From: Okamejei kenojei
Lineage: Eukaryota
NCBI GenBank assembly: GCA_035221665.1
Contig: CM069134.1
Location: forward strand, 80,600,001-80,664,000
Direction of reading: 5' to 3'
DNA length: 64,000 nt
Position numbers and translations under genes: made by a program. The notes under the pieces were generated by a model, which was not told the DNA's origin, made no database searches, and worked only from the letters and a program-made list of their open reading frames with translations. Positions 38,747-52,303 of this stretch are shown here, piece after piece (position 1 is the first letter of the stretch; each line of letters starts with the position of its first letter).

Positions 38747-39269
38747 GTGACCTTTCGGGCTGGTAACCTTCTTCAGACCGATCGTGGTGGCGGCGGGGTG
38801 AAAGCTGGAAGAGAGCTGGGGCAAGACAAAGCCTGGTTTTGAGATGCAGCATGACCCACCAATTCCACACTGACCCTTGATCACCTGCACACTAGTTCCA
38901 TGTTATCCCACCTTTACCTCCTCCGTGCTAGGGGAAATTTACAGAAGCCAATTACCAATAAACCTGCACATATTTGGATTGTGCGAGAGACCAGGGCACC
39001 TTGAGAAAAGCCTTGCTGTCACAGGGCGAATATACAAACGCTGTACGGACAGCACCTGTGTTCAGGATTGAACCCAGATCTCTGATGCTGTGAGGCAGCA
39101 CTTCCACTGCTGCATTACTGTGCTGCCTCCGAGCAGGGGAAAAGGGGAAGGGGTGTGAATGCGCATGTGTGAGGGGGGTGGGGTATTGTTTAGTTACCTG
39201 GAATTGGAACAAACAACCTCTTCTCTAAACTCATGGAACCTAGTCAATACTCCTCCCCCCCCCCCCCCC

Positions 39270-41910
39270 CCCCCCTGCAACTGGATCCTTGACTTCCTAA
39301 CCATCAGATCACAATCAGTGAGAATAGGTGAGAATAGGTACTCTATGATAATCCTTAACACTGGCGCCCCACAAGGATGTGATCTCAGCAGCACCCCTCC
39401 CCCTCCCTTCCCCCCAACAATACTCCTTATAAAATCGCAATTTTGTAACCAAATACCAATCCAACTCACTTTACAAGTTCACATCGGATATCAGATAATG
39501 ATGAGACTACAAGAAGGAGAATGAGAATCTTGCAACCTGGTGCCATAACAAAAAACCTTCCTTCAATGTCAGCAAGATTATGTTTTACTTCAGAAAGCAA
39601 TGAGGTACACACACACCAGTATACATTAAAGGCACTGAAGTAGAGATCCTCAAAAGTTTCAAGTTCCAAGGAATAAAGATCCTTCCTTAACCAACAACAT
39701 CGAAGCTCGGGCAGGGAAAACACACCAGCATCTCTACTTTCAGAGAGACACAACATGCTGGTGCAACTCAACGGATCAGGCAGCATCTCTAGACAAAAGG
39801 AATAGGTGACGTTTCGGGTCAAGACCATTCTTCAGACTGCCTGGCCATACTGAGTTACTCCAGCATTTTGTGCCTATCTTCGATATAAACCAGCATCTGT
39901 ACTTCCTTCTTACGCATTTCCTCTACTTCCTTAGAAGGCTTAGGAAGTTCAGCATGCCACAACAACACTTACCACCTTCTACAGATGCCCTGTAGAAAGC
40001 ATTTCATTGGGATGCATCATAGCCTGGTTTGGTAACAGCTCCATTCATGACCACAAGAAAATTCAGAGAGTTGTGGACAAAGCCTAGATCAGGGGTGGGG
40101 AACCATTTCATGTTGGAATGCCGCATTAAGTTAGCTGTAATCTAATACGGCCGCATCCAAGAAACCTCAATTAGATACACTTCAAAATATACATTTTTTT
40201 TGTAAAAATCTAACTACTATGTACTAATTTTTTTTAAAATGAATTAAAAATGTTAATTCTAAAGTTAACAAAGCTTTTAATGACTTTGTTGTGACTGTCT
40301 TTTTGCTCAATCAATTCCATCTGTAGTTCTATAGGACCCTTGGAGACATCAACTAGGTGAGGTTGAAATGATAATTTGAGTGTGATGTCATGATTCTCAA
40401 AGTCAGTGAACCTTTCATTGTATTCTATAATTAACAAGTTTATAACAGCTGCGTGTTGTTCAAATGATTCACATGAATCCTCCTGCTCATCAATGACCGT
40501 CATTAACTGGGGAAAATGTGCATCCGAAATTTCATTTTGAAGAAGAGTTTTGAAAAAATATAGCTTTTTTCGAAATGCTTGGATTTTTTTGCCACGTATC
40601 ATATAGAGACTTAGTTTTACTTTGTAAAGAAACATTCAAGTCATTTTGCTTTGACATATCACACAGAATTGCAGTATATAGAAATCTTCTTTCAATAATT
40701 CACATTGCTGATTCTGTTCTTCATGAATTTAACTATCTGTTCTCACAAAGATAAAAAAATTGCTAACACCTGTCCCTGCGATAGCCAACGCACTTTACAA
40801 TGATACGGAAAATCCACACTGAATGCCTCATCGTCCAACTTTAGCATATTACACAGCTTACAATGCAGTGTTGCATTTGCACGAATATAGTTAAGAATAC
40901 TTATAACTTGTTGCAAAGTGTCACTTAAAATAGTAGATTTAGCACAGAGATTTTGCTGATGTAAGATGTACCTTTTGGAGCATTGCATGAAGTTGTTCTG
41001 TTATGTTGAGGGCTAATTCATGCTGCCAATCAGTTATAGTTCAATTAATGTTCATATTGCAGTATAACAAAGCACCGCTATCAAAAGTTGATAATACTGA
41101 AGACAGGACGGCTAGCGGACTCTCCCCGACATTTTCCCTCTCGTCAACTAGCCTCAGGCGGTGGTGGCACCAGTCAGGCAGCGAGGTTAACGTACATTCT
41201 AGTCGCATTAGAGCTAAAACATGACCATAACAGGTGTTAAAATAGCCCTCATGACTTACTAATGTTTTAATTGTGGCCGTCAGTCAGGGAGGATTATTTT
41301 GTTGAATCTTCTTTTACTCTTTGGTATTTTAAATACATTCATTTTAAGGTTAAAATATTAATAATAAAAGACGAACAAAAACAGATGAATAAAATTAAAA
41401 GGATTTGTTTTACAAAATTTGGATTCATTCAAAAGGCCGCACTTAGTGGCCTAGAAGGCCCCAAAGCCCCTGGCCTAGATCATCACGCAAACCAACATTG
41501 ACTATCTACACTTCACACTGCCTCGACAAGGCCACCAGCATAATCAAAACCTAGTCTCGCCCTGGTGGCTCCCTCCTTTCCCATCAGGCAAGAATCACAG
41601 ACGTTTGAAAACACATTACTCCAGATTCACGGATAGTTACTTCCCAGCTGTTATCAAGCAACTGAATCGTCCTCTCACCAACTAAAGTGCCGTCCTGACC
41701 TCCCATCTACCTCATTGTAGACCTTTGAACTATCTTTTGTCAGACTTTATTGGACTTTGTCGTGCACATGTTGTGCCCTTCATGCTTTACCTATACATCG
41801 TGCACAGCTTGATTGTAATCATGTATAGACTTTTGTTTTGACTGGATAGCACATAACAAAAAGCTTTTCACTGTACTTCTGTACACGTGGCAATAATAAA
41901 TTAAACTGAA
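39270..41910 (+). mobile_element. Rex1/Babar-like LINE 3' part, interrupted by the hAT element and a Penelope-derived repeat
   Basis: [26 protein letters not shown] motifs; the sequence continues across the hAT TSD. Confidence 0.7.
40090..41472 (-). mobile_element. hAT (Charlie/SPIN-like) DNA transposon, internally deleted and decayed
   Basis: CAGGGG...CCCCTG termini, 8-bp TSD GCCTAGAT (40082-40089 and 41473-41480), and transposase motif CKVRWLS. Confidence 0.88.
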
Positions 41911-42857
41911 CATTAAGCTGCAAGATATCCAATTGGAATGAGAGGTGCTGCTTTACCAGTTTGCATGTGGTCTCACTCTGGCATGGTGGCGGCCCAGGTC
42001 AACAAGGTCAGTAGAGGAATGGGAAGGGGAGTTAAAATGTTTGGAGGAGGTGCATGTGAACCTTTGTCTCACCTGGAAGGACTGCTAGAGTTCCTGGGTG
42101 GATGTGAGGGGGGAAGATATAGGAACAGGAGGATCTTCAGAATGATCTGAAGACACTGCACAATCACAATCACTCTTTATTAGCCAAGTATGTTTTGCAA
42201 CATTTGAGGAATTTCATTTGCCAAGTCAGTCATACAAATAGAAAGCAACAGAACACCAAAACACATTTTAACATAAACATCCACCGCAGAGACTCCACAT
42301 TCCTCAATGTGATGGAAGCGAAAAGAAGTTCAATCTCTTCCCTTAGCTCTCGGTCAGGGGCCTCGAACCCTCCATTGATGGGACGATCTTCACTCCCGTA
42401 GCCGGCGGCATTTTGGGCCCTCCGCGTCAGGGCGATCCAGTTCCTGCATCGGGGGGATGTCAGCTCACCCGTGCCGGGCGATCGAACCCTATGTCGGGCC
42501 TGGTCGAGCCTCTGCGTTCATCGGAGCTCCCGATTAGCCTCTCCCGAGACTGAGCTCTTGATGGTAAGTCCGCAGGCCGTGGTTGGAGTGAGCCCAGGCA
42601 AGGGATCGGCTCTGATATTAAGTCCGCGCCCCGCAATGGAGTCCAAGGTCAGTCCGAGGAGGCCTCCAGCTCCATCGATGATAGGCCGTAGAGCGACCGG
42701 CAAGGTAAGAAACTGAAAAAAAGTTTCCCCCTCCCCCCACATAAAACAATCCGGGAAACATTTACACAAATTTATAAAACGCACTAAAAATCAAAAAAAG
42801 ATGAAAAAATAAATAGACTGCTGGCGGGGCTGCTAATCGTTCGGCGCCCCTGGTGGT

Positions 42858-44300
42858 GTGATGAGGGTGAACCCTCAACAGGCATCCAGTCCTGATGATG
42901 TCGCTGCCCACTGCGGACTAAATGGCTGGAGCTTTTGCAGACATCTTCAGAATCTGAATCTGAATCACACTTTTTTCGCCAAGTATGTTTTGCAACATAC
43001 GAGAAATTTCATTGGCAAGGACAGTCATACAATTAAAAGTAACAGATCACTAAAAAATCTGCAACCTCTTATTACAATTGTCCAAGATCCCCTAATACCC
43101 GTGCCAAAGAAGAGCAAGTTATATGCCTCAATGACTACTGAGTAGTGGCATGTCTCTTGTGATGAAGTGCTTTGAGGGTTTGGTTGTGACCAGTATCAAT
43201 TAATGCCTTGATCTGGTCTCACTTCAATTGGTAATGATCTGGACTCACTTCAATTCACTGACTATCACAGAAGATTAACAGTGGGTGTGACCTTGTTGGC
43301 TCTCCACTCTGCACTGGGCCGCTTGGACAACACAAATACATATCCCAGACTGTTGTTCATTAACTGTGGGTTGGAGTTAACCTCCATCATCCCTTCGACA
43401 TCAGTGTTCCATCGTTCCCGGGGAGAGGGCCTGAATATCGGGCCACTCGTAGCGGCGACTGCGGGGTGCTCGGGAAGCCCCAACCACGGGTGAACATTGG
43501 GGATCATTGGTGAGGAGGTTGACTGGACTTGGGTTCCTTCCCTCACAGTGGGGAACTTTGGTGCTGCTGTGGGGATGTTTGTGTTGTGGACTACTGTGTT
43601 CTGTGTTTTTGTGTATTTTTTAAATTATTTGTATGACGAAGGGAAAAATAATTTTGTTGTCTCTTAATTGAAGACAATGACAATAAATTAAATCAAATCA
43701 AATCAAAATTCCAAACCTATTGTTAAATGCAGGGATATTGATCTCTGCTTGACACATTGGCAGAACTCAATTAATATGAATTGGCAAGCACAACTCCTCC
43801 ACACCGACCTTGAGAAGCACATGAAGACTGCATGCTCAGTCACCCCCTAACATCTCCATACTCATGACTGTGCAGACAGACACAGCTCCAACACAAACTT
43901 TAAATTCACACATGACACTACCAATGTTGGATGAATAATGGTAAGGATGAGTCAGAGTACAGCAGTGAAAATAATAATCTGGTTGAGTGGTACCAGAACA
44001 ACAAACTCGCTCTCAAAGTTAGCAAGACCAAGGAGCTAATGTTTCAGCAGGAAGGGAAAACAGGTGTCCTTGCACCTATCTTCGTTAGTGGAGTGGCAGT
44101 ATCTAGAGAGTCAACAGCTTCAAGATCCTTCGTACACAGATCTCTGATGATCTATCCTGGGCCAAGCATAATGATGCAATTACAAAATAAAACTCGTCAA
44201 CATCTCTAATGCCTCAGAGGTTTGAGGAGATTTAGCATGCTACTGAATACTCTTGTGAATTACTATAAATGGAGAGCATACAGCCTGGCAACTCTCCAGG
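42858..44300 (+). mobile_element. Rex1/Babar-like LINE fragments (decayed RT)
   Basis: LIPVPKKSK, LALHSALGRLDNTNTYPRLLFI, LVEWYQNNKLALKVSKTKE. Confidence 0.65.
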
Positions 44301-45582
44301 TATTGACCTCCCTTTTTGCATTACTTATCAGTCTGGTCCTTCCGCCCACACAGTCACTGATCCATCCTCCCCCCCCCCCCCCCCCCCCAACCCGGTAATG
44401 TCCCCGTCAGCTGCAGCAGAGTTGGAGACTGTCTGGTCCCTCCGCCCACCCAGAGTCACTGCAGCGGCAGCGGCATCGGCCCCGACCTGGAGTTGGAACT
44501 GGCCCGGACTCTGGGCTTGGGGCTGGGCAAGGGAATGGGAGAAGGATGCTGCTGCCGCCAACGCCACCATCACCAACAGTACCCGCAGCTCCAGCGGGCT
44601 CCCGGCCTTCCATGGCCGGCAGGAGCCCATCCGCAGACTCTCTCCGACCAGGACGACACCAGCAGCAGCGGCTCCGATTCGCCCGGTTTCGAGCAGGGCC
44701 GGCGGCTGCCCATCATCTCGGCAGGATCTCGGTGTCGGACTGAGGGAGGGTGGAGGTGGAGGGCTGCCGGGGCCAACCCGGCGGGACAGGGAGAGCCGAG
44801 CTGGAGCCAGCGGCTGCAAGTCCGTGGTCGCACCGCCAACCCAGGGTCACCCCGGACACCTCCGGACAGGGCCGGGACGGGGACGGCCCAACAGCAACTC
44901 AACAGCACCCGCAGCGACGGAGAGCCGACCCCGACTACGGACGAAACGCAAACCGGCACACTAAGATCTTTGGCACCACCGTTGCCAAAGGTTACGGAAA
45001 TGGGGCCGAAGATTACCCATGAATATGCCCATGACCCTTTTTCGTCGTGTGCACTAACTATCTATCTTGCTTGCTTGCTTGCTTGCTATAGGATCTTTGT
45101 CCAAGACTGTTTTATAGCTAGTGACCCATGACCTGGACATGCGCAGTCGGAATACCGAACTCGCTTATTGCAGATTTCTGGGTGGCAGAAAATACCCCTG
45201 CAGTAATGTCTTGGAACCGGGATGATGTTTTCTGACGCACAGCGCCAGAGTCGGGTGACTGGGAACTCTGTGGGTAAAGCGCAAGTCACCGCCTCGGAGA
45301 CGCGCATTTCGAGTCCCTTTTGTCACCCCACCGGCCGGGCCAGTCCCTCACCCACCTCTCTGCGGAAGGACAGCCTCCAGGAATTGGGTAACATAAGGGT
45401 CAGCCTCTTCACTGAAGCGGAACCGCTTCCTTGTAACTGGCGATCTGGGCACTCCAGAAGCGGCCGTTTTCGCGGCTGCTACTCGTGCGGACCCCAGCAC
45501 CTGTCCCTGGGAGAAGCAGTACGCGAGGGGGTGCAGCGGGGGGCCGTTGCAGTCTCCGGATCAGGTGCACACAGGTGTTCTG

Positions 45583-45621
45583 GCTTTTTGTGCGGAGATT
45601 GTGTTTCTGTTACACGCTGTG
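45583..45621 (-). promoter_or_regulatory. 23-RSS (CACAGCG-23-ACAAAAAGC)
   Basis: Heptamer 45615-45621, spacer 45592-45614, nonamer 45583-45591. Confidence 0.9.
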
Positions 45622-46052
45622 GACATCCAGCAGGCGCAGTAATAAGTGGCAGATTTGTCAGCCGTTAATTCAATTGCGAGATAGAATGAGGAGTCGGTGG
45701 CTTTGCCAGCGTTGAAGGAGCTCCCAAATCCCGGATCCCGTGCCACGCTCTTTGTAAAGTAGAGTATCCGAGCGAGCGGCTGCCCGGCTTTCTGTTGGTA
45801 CCAGTGAATGGGGTTGCTGTCACCAATTTCGACTCCATTCACGTGGCACCAGACTCGCACTGTTTTACCGGCAGGCGAGGTTAGCGATGCTTTGGGCTGG
45901 GTCAGGGTCAGGGTCTGGGCCAAACATCCACCTGCAAAAAGAACAGATTTTGATTAAAACGGCTGTGCGGCGGGAGAGACCGGCAATAGCTGAAGAACCA
46001 TCTGACACGCACAGCTCAAACTTAGCACGAGAAAATAGGAAATCAGCCACAT
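45622..46052 (-). CDS. TRGV: T-cell receptor gamma-type V gene segment (leader ~46013-46052, intron 45932-46012, V exon 45622-45931)
   Basis: Leader MWLISYFLVLSLS with a probable GTGCGT donor and TTTTTGCAG acceptor. V exon QTLTLTQPKASLTSPAGKTVRVWC...IHWYQQKAGQPLARILY...SATYYCACW. Confidence 0.88.
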
Positions 46053-47058
46053 GTTCGCTCAGCTGGATCGCTGTTTAGAAAGTGAGAGGAATTAAGTGAC
46101 TTCCCTCAACACACTCGGCCAGCTATTGGAGTCGGCGCCGAACCCGCCTCGAAACCCTCTCCGCGGCGGAGCCCGCATCAATGATTCGCATTATTCCGGT
46201 GGCGTCATGTTTCATCTCGGAGAGCGGGTGTGAGAGGTTGCTAGCACACAGCGGTTCATTTCTTCCTTCCTTTCCAACCGACAAATTAGGTTGAAATTAC
46301 CTCAGCCATCTCTTCCGGATCATTGGTACAAAAGGCCATTCGGTCCCTGTGTCTGCTCGCCATTTCATTCGCATTAAGACTGATCTTTATCGAACATGAA
46401 ATCTGTAATGCTGGTGAGAGAGACGCTGCAGGTCGAAATTTCAGACACGTGTTCGCTGCTGTTTATCCTCTGCTGTATACACTACACAAACTACTTTATT
46501 TTCTGCGTGCCGACTAGATTAGAAACGATGCATTGGATTATGTGTCTGTGGTGCACTGCGCCCTGCAGTGCGGGTCGCGGGCTCGCCATATTACTGACTG
46601 TTAAAGTGTGTGGGATGTGTGGAGTGGTGCTCCCCGACATCTCCCCGCTGGTATGTTGAGAATCCGTAACCCCTGTTCTGCGTTCACGGCTGATCCTCTG
46701 CATCAGTGCCGTTTCGAGCATTATTCCCCATCTTTAATTCCATGAATATCCTGAGTGCGGCAGCCTGGTGGAGTGTGGAGATCCCCCGCCAAACAAACCC
46801 TTCCATCGGCTCCATCACTTTCACAGCCCACGTGGATTCGCATCACAATCCCCTGCAGACGAGCGAAACTGTTTTCAAGAGAAGGGTCATAAAAAAAATC
46901 TTCTCGCAGTGTGATGTGAATCTCTGGAATTCTGCACCCATGTGGATTACTGGAAAGAGACATGTTTTACAGACCATGGACGAGCTGCTCCAAAGGGGTT
47001 GTTTCCGTGCTGCGTAGCTTTGCGAGTGGAGAATTAAAGACCGTGGAGATCCAACAAA

Positions 47059-47515
47059 GAAACATAGAAACATAGAAACATAAAAATTAGGTGCAGGAGT
47101 AGGCCATTCAGCCCTTCGAGCCTGCACCGCCATTCAATATGATCATGGCTGATCATCCAACTCAGTATCCCGTACCTGCCTTCTCTCCATACCCTCTGAT
47201 CCCCTTAGCCACAAGGGCCACATCCAACTCACTCTTAAATATAGCCAATGAACTGGCCTCAACTACCCTCTGTGGCAGAGAGTTCCAGAGACTCACCACT
47301 CTCTGTGTGAAAGTCTTTCTCATCTCGGTCTTAAAGGATTTCCCCCTTATCCTTAAGCTGTGACCCCTTGTCCTGGACTTCCCCAACATCGGGAACAATC
47401 TTCCTGCATCTAGCCTGTCCAACCCCTTAAGAATTTTGTAAGTTTCTATAAGATCCCCTCTTAATCTCCTAAATTCCAGAGAGTATAAACCGAGTCTATC
47501 CAGTCTTTCTTCATA
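47059..47515 (-). mobile_element. CR1 LINE 3' end
   Basis: YEERLDRLGLYSLEFRRLRGDLIETYK...GYGEKAGTGY and (AAACATAG)n tail. Confidence 0.92.
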
Positions 47516-49637
47516 AGTGGTTGAGTCCTCGGGCAGATTAGCCGTGATCACATTGAATGTTGGGGCAGGCATGAAAGGGCTTACTCCTACGCCAACTGCA
47601 GTTCCTGCTCCTACTACTGCTGTTCCACTCATGCTCCTGCACCAACAGCTGCTCCTGCTCCAGTTCCAGTTCCTACACTTGCTCCTGCTTCTTAAAACTA
47701 GTCATACTCCTACCCTGGGGTGGGAGATTGCAGCCTTCGAAACCGTGTTTCGACTAATGCAATCAACCCGACATGCACAAACACATATATGTAATGTTTT
47801 GTTAGGCTGTGCACGCCATACGCAAGAAGGAGACTTCTACTCTTGCTTCTGTTCCGACCTCTGCTCCTCCTGCCTCTACTCCTACTGAATAGCTATATGG
47901 CTAGGAAATGTTTAGAGGGATATGTGGGATTAGGAGGTGGGACTAGTGTAGATGGGGCATCTTGGTCGGCATGGGCTAATTGGGCCGAAGGGCCTGTTTC
48001 GGTGCTGAATGACTCTATGACTCCTGCGCCTAGCCCTGCTTGTAATCCTGTTTCTACGCTTGCTCTTATTTCTCCCCTTGCTCCTACTGCCGCTCCCGTG
48101 TTCTTGTGTGTCGAGGGATACTGGAGAAATGGATATAAATGGCCTCACATTTTAACCCGAGAATAGACACAAAATGCTGGAGTAACTCAGCGGGACAGGC
48201 AGCATCTCTGGAGAGATGGAATAGTGACGTCGCGGGTCGAGACCCCTTTTCACACTGACCCATTCCTTCTCTCCAGAGATGCTTCCTGTCCCGCTGAGTT
48301 ACTCCAACATTCTGTATATATATTCAGTGTAAACCAGCAACTGCAGTTCCTTCCCATTTTAACCCTTTCGATATTCAATAACTGCGAGAACGTTTACGTC
48401 ATTTTCACGTAAGAGGATGGGTGGTAGTAGACACAAAGGCTCCATTTGGACACCAAAGGCTACAGATGCTGGAATCTGGAGCAATCCCTAACTGCTTTTC
48501 TTTTCAAATATTTCTTTCAAAATTTTGTCTACCTCTAATTGGAAGGAGAATTCCAGAGATTCACTTCCCTCTGCAACTATTAATTGCTGGAGGAACTGTG
48601 GCGAGCAGCATCTGGGGGGGGGGGGGGGGAGGCAACCTACAGCAGGACCGAGAAAGACGGTAGAAGGGGAATGGGGAAGGCGAGATACGGACCAGTGGGT
48701 AATAAGTAGCCTGAGGATGGGAGACCTTTGACGGGAAGATGAAGCCATATGGGGAGGGGGAGGGGTTGAGGGGTTAAGTTGGGAGACAGATGTGCGTGGA
48801 TATAGGCAATGAGAAAGAGGATGCGTGGAGGGAGAGGAGGGTGAAGCTGAAGTCAGAGGCCAGAGGGTGTCAAGCGACCACACAAAGACTGGAAATTGTA
48901 AACTGATAAGTAAAGAAGGTGATAATGGGGAGAGGTGAAAAGCAGATGGAACTAGATGATGAGGTGACCCTGTGCGTGGGAGTATGTGAATGGAAACAGG
49001 AAAGGGGGAGGAGGAGCCTAAAGAATTAATGAGGGGGCTGAGGGGGTGTATGGGAAAGCCTAAGATAGTCACAACATGCTAGAGTAACAGCCGGTCAGGC
49101 AGCATCTCGGGAGAAAAGGAATAGGTGACCTTTTGGGTCAGTTCAGTTTAATTTTGTTTATGGTCACGTGCACTGAGATGCAGTGAAAAGCTTTTGTTGC
49201 GTGCTATTCTGTCAGCGGAAAGACAATACATGATTACAATGGAGCCATGTACAGTGTGTAGATACATGATAAGGGAATAACGTTTAGTGCAAGGTAAAGC
49301 CAGAAAAATCCGATCAAGGATAGTTGGAGGGTCACCAATGAAATAGATAATAGTTCAGTACAGCTTCAGTCTGAAGAAGGGTCTCGACCCAAAAACATCA
49401 CCTATTTCTTTATCCAGCGATGCTGCCTGACCCGCTGAATTACTGCAGTATTTTATGATGATCTTCGGTGTAAACCAGCATCTGCACTTCATTCCTCCGC
49501 ACTAGTTTTAAACCTGCATGTTCTGGTATTTTAAGTTGAATTCCTACAAAAGCCCCTATCGGAGTCTTCTACATTGTAGGCCTACATAGATGTAATTTAT
49601 TGTTTACATGGTCACTGGATCTGAAGCACTTGTTTCT

Positions 49638-49940
49638 CTGGTAGCTAATGTAACCCCACTTTTTAAAAAGGGAGGGAGAGAGAAAACGGGGAATTACAGA
49701 CCAGTTAGTTTAACATCGGTAGTGGGGAAACTGCTAGAGTCAATTATTAAAGATGGGATAGCAGCGCATTTGGAAAGTGGTGAAATCATTGGACAAAGTC
49801 AGCATGGATTTACAAAGGGTAAATCATGTCTGACGAATCTTATTGATTTTTTTGAGGATGTAACTAGTAGAGTGGATAAGGGAGAAGCAGTAGATGTGTT
49901 GTATCTGGACTTTCAGAAGGCTTTCGACAAGGTCCCACAC
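49638..49940 (+). mobile_element. CR1 RT fragment, near-duplicate of ~50858-51154
   Basis: VANVTPLFKKGGREKTGNYRPVSLTS...YLDFQKAFDKVPH. Confidence 0.9.
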
Positions 49941-50444
49941 AGGAGATCCGACCCCTTATCTTGTAGTTATAACCCCCTTGTTCAAAAGTCTCTTCTGGTG
50001 AAAATATTCTAATATCTACCCTTTTCAACCCCCCTTAACATTGCTATGTTTGTACAAGCTCAATCCTCATTCATCTAAATTGTAAGGAAGATAGACCCAA
50101 ACTATTTAGCCGGGGTATCTTAGTGGGCTAGGCAGCATATGTGCAGGGAGTGGATAGGCAACATTTTGTTTTGGGCACTTCACACTCTTCGCATTCACAT
50201 AAATTAAATATATATATTTGCAACAGTGTTAACCATGTAAGACATTGGTAATATCCCTAAGATAGGAGATGGTCTAATTTCAACTAACACTGTAGAACAT
50301 TCAAAAATACCAATCGCAAGTGATAAAGTATTGGAGGGAATGAAGAGCTAAAGGCAGATAACTAATGAGGAACATGCTGGGGGTTCAAAGGAAGTGACTG
50401 CAGGGATGGCAAATCCATTGGTTGAAACTTTTCATAAATTGAGG

Positions 50445-52303
50445 AAACATAAAAGCTGACTGCAAAGGTTTTTATCGATATGTGAAGCGCAAAAGATTAG
50501 TTAAAACAAATGTAGGTCCCTTGCAGTCAGAAACGGGTGAATTGATCATGGGGAACAAGGACATGGCAGACCAATTGAATAACTACTTTGGTTCTGTCTT
50601 CACTAAGGAAGACATAAATAATTTGCCGGAAATAGCAGGGGATCGCGGGTCAAATGAGATGGAGGAAATGAGTGAAATCCAGGTTAGCCGGAAAGTGATG
50701 TTGGGTAAATTGAATGGATTAAAGGCCGATAAATCCCCAGGGCCAGATAGGCTGCATCCCAGGGTACATAAGGAAGTAGCCCATGAAATAGCAGATGCCT
50801 TAGTGATAATTTTTCAAAACTCTTTAGCTTCTGGAGTAGTTCCTGAGGATTGGAGGGTAGCTAATGTAACCCCACTTTTTAAAAAGGGAGGGAGAGCGAA
50901 AACGGGGAATTACAGACCAGTTAGTCTAACATCGGTAGTGGGGAAACTGCTAGAGTCAATTATTAAAGATGGGATAGCAGTGCATTGGAAAGTGGTGAAA
51001 TCATTGGACAAAGTCAGCATGGAATTACGAAGGGTAAATCATGTCTGACGAATCTTATTGAATTTTTTGAGGATGTAACTAGTAGAGTGGATTAGGGAGA
51101 AGCAGTGGATGTGTTGTATCTGGACTTTCAGAAGGCTTTCGACAAGGTCCCACACAAGAGATTGGTAAACAAACTTAAAGCACACAGTACTGGTTCAGGA
51201 TTTATGTGGATAGAGAACTGGCTGGCAGACAGGAAGCAAAGAGTAGGAGTGAACGGGTCCTTTTCAGGATGGCAGACAGTGACTAGTGGGGTGCCGCAAG
51301 GCTCAGTGCTGGGACCCCAGCTATTTACAATATACATTAATGATTTGGACGAGGGAATTAAATGCAACATCTCGAAGTTTGCGGATGACACGAAGCTGGG
51401 GGGCAGTGTTAGCTGTGAGGAGGATGCTAGGAGGCTGCAGGATGACTTGGATAGACTGGGTGAGTGGGCAAATGCATGGCAGATGCAGTATAATGTGGAT
51501 AAATGTGAGGTTATCCACTTTGGTGGCAAAAACAGGAAGGTAGGCTATTATTTGAATGGTGATTAAGAAAAGGGGAGATGCAGCGAGACCTGGGTGTCAT
51601 GGTACACCAGTCATTGAAAGTAGGCATGCAGGTGCAGCAGGCTGTGAAGAAAGCGAATGGTATGTTGGCATTCATAGCAAAAGGATTTGAGTACAAGAGC
51701 AGGGAGGTTCTACTGCAGTTGTACAAGGTCTTGGTGAGGCCACACCTGGAGTATTGCGTACAGTTTTGGTCTCCTAATCTGAGGAAATACATTCTTGCCA
51801 TAGAGGGAGTACAGAGAAGGTTAACCAGACTGATTCCTGGGATGGCACGACTTCCACATGAAGAAAGACTGGATAGACTCGGTTTGTACTCGCTGGAATT
51901 TAGAAGATTGAGGGGTGATCTCATAGAGACTTACAAAATTCTTAAGGGGTTGGACAGGCTAGATGCAGGAAGATTGTTCCCGATGTTGGGGAGTTCCAGG
52001 ACAAGGGGTCACAGTTTAAGGATAAGGGGAAAGTATTTTAGGACCGAGATGAGAAAATCGTTTTTCACACAGAGAGTGGTGAATCTGTGGAATTCTCTGC
52101 CACAGAAGGTAGTTGAGGCCAGTTCGTTGGCCATATTTAAGAGGGAGTTGGATGTGGCCCTTGTGGCTGAAGGGATCAGGGGGTATGGAGAGAAAGCAGG
52201 TACAGGATACTGAGTTGGATGATCAGCCATGATCATATTGAATGGCGGTGCAGGCTCGAAGGGCCGAATGGCCTGCTCCTGCACCTAATTTCTATGTTTC
52301 TAT
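50445..52303 (+). mobile_element. CR1 LINE, ORF2 RT region and 3' end, relatively young
   Basis: KSPGPDRLHPRV, NYRPVSLTS, YLDFQKAFDKV, GVPQGSVLGP, KFADDTK and a TTTCTATG-type tail. Confidence 0.95.

Noticed and set aside
44269-45131. Several overlapping 130-230 aa ORFs
   Set aside because: GC-rich low-complexity repeat that is open in many frames, with no domain motifs.
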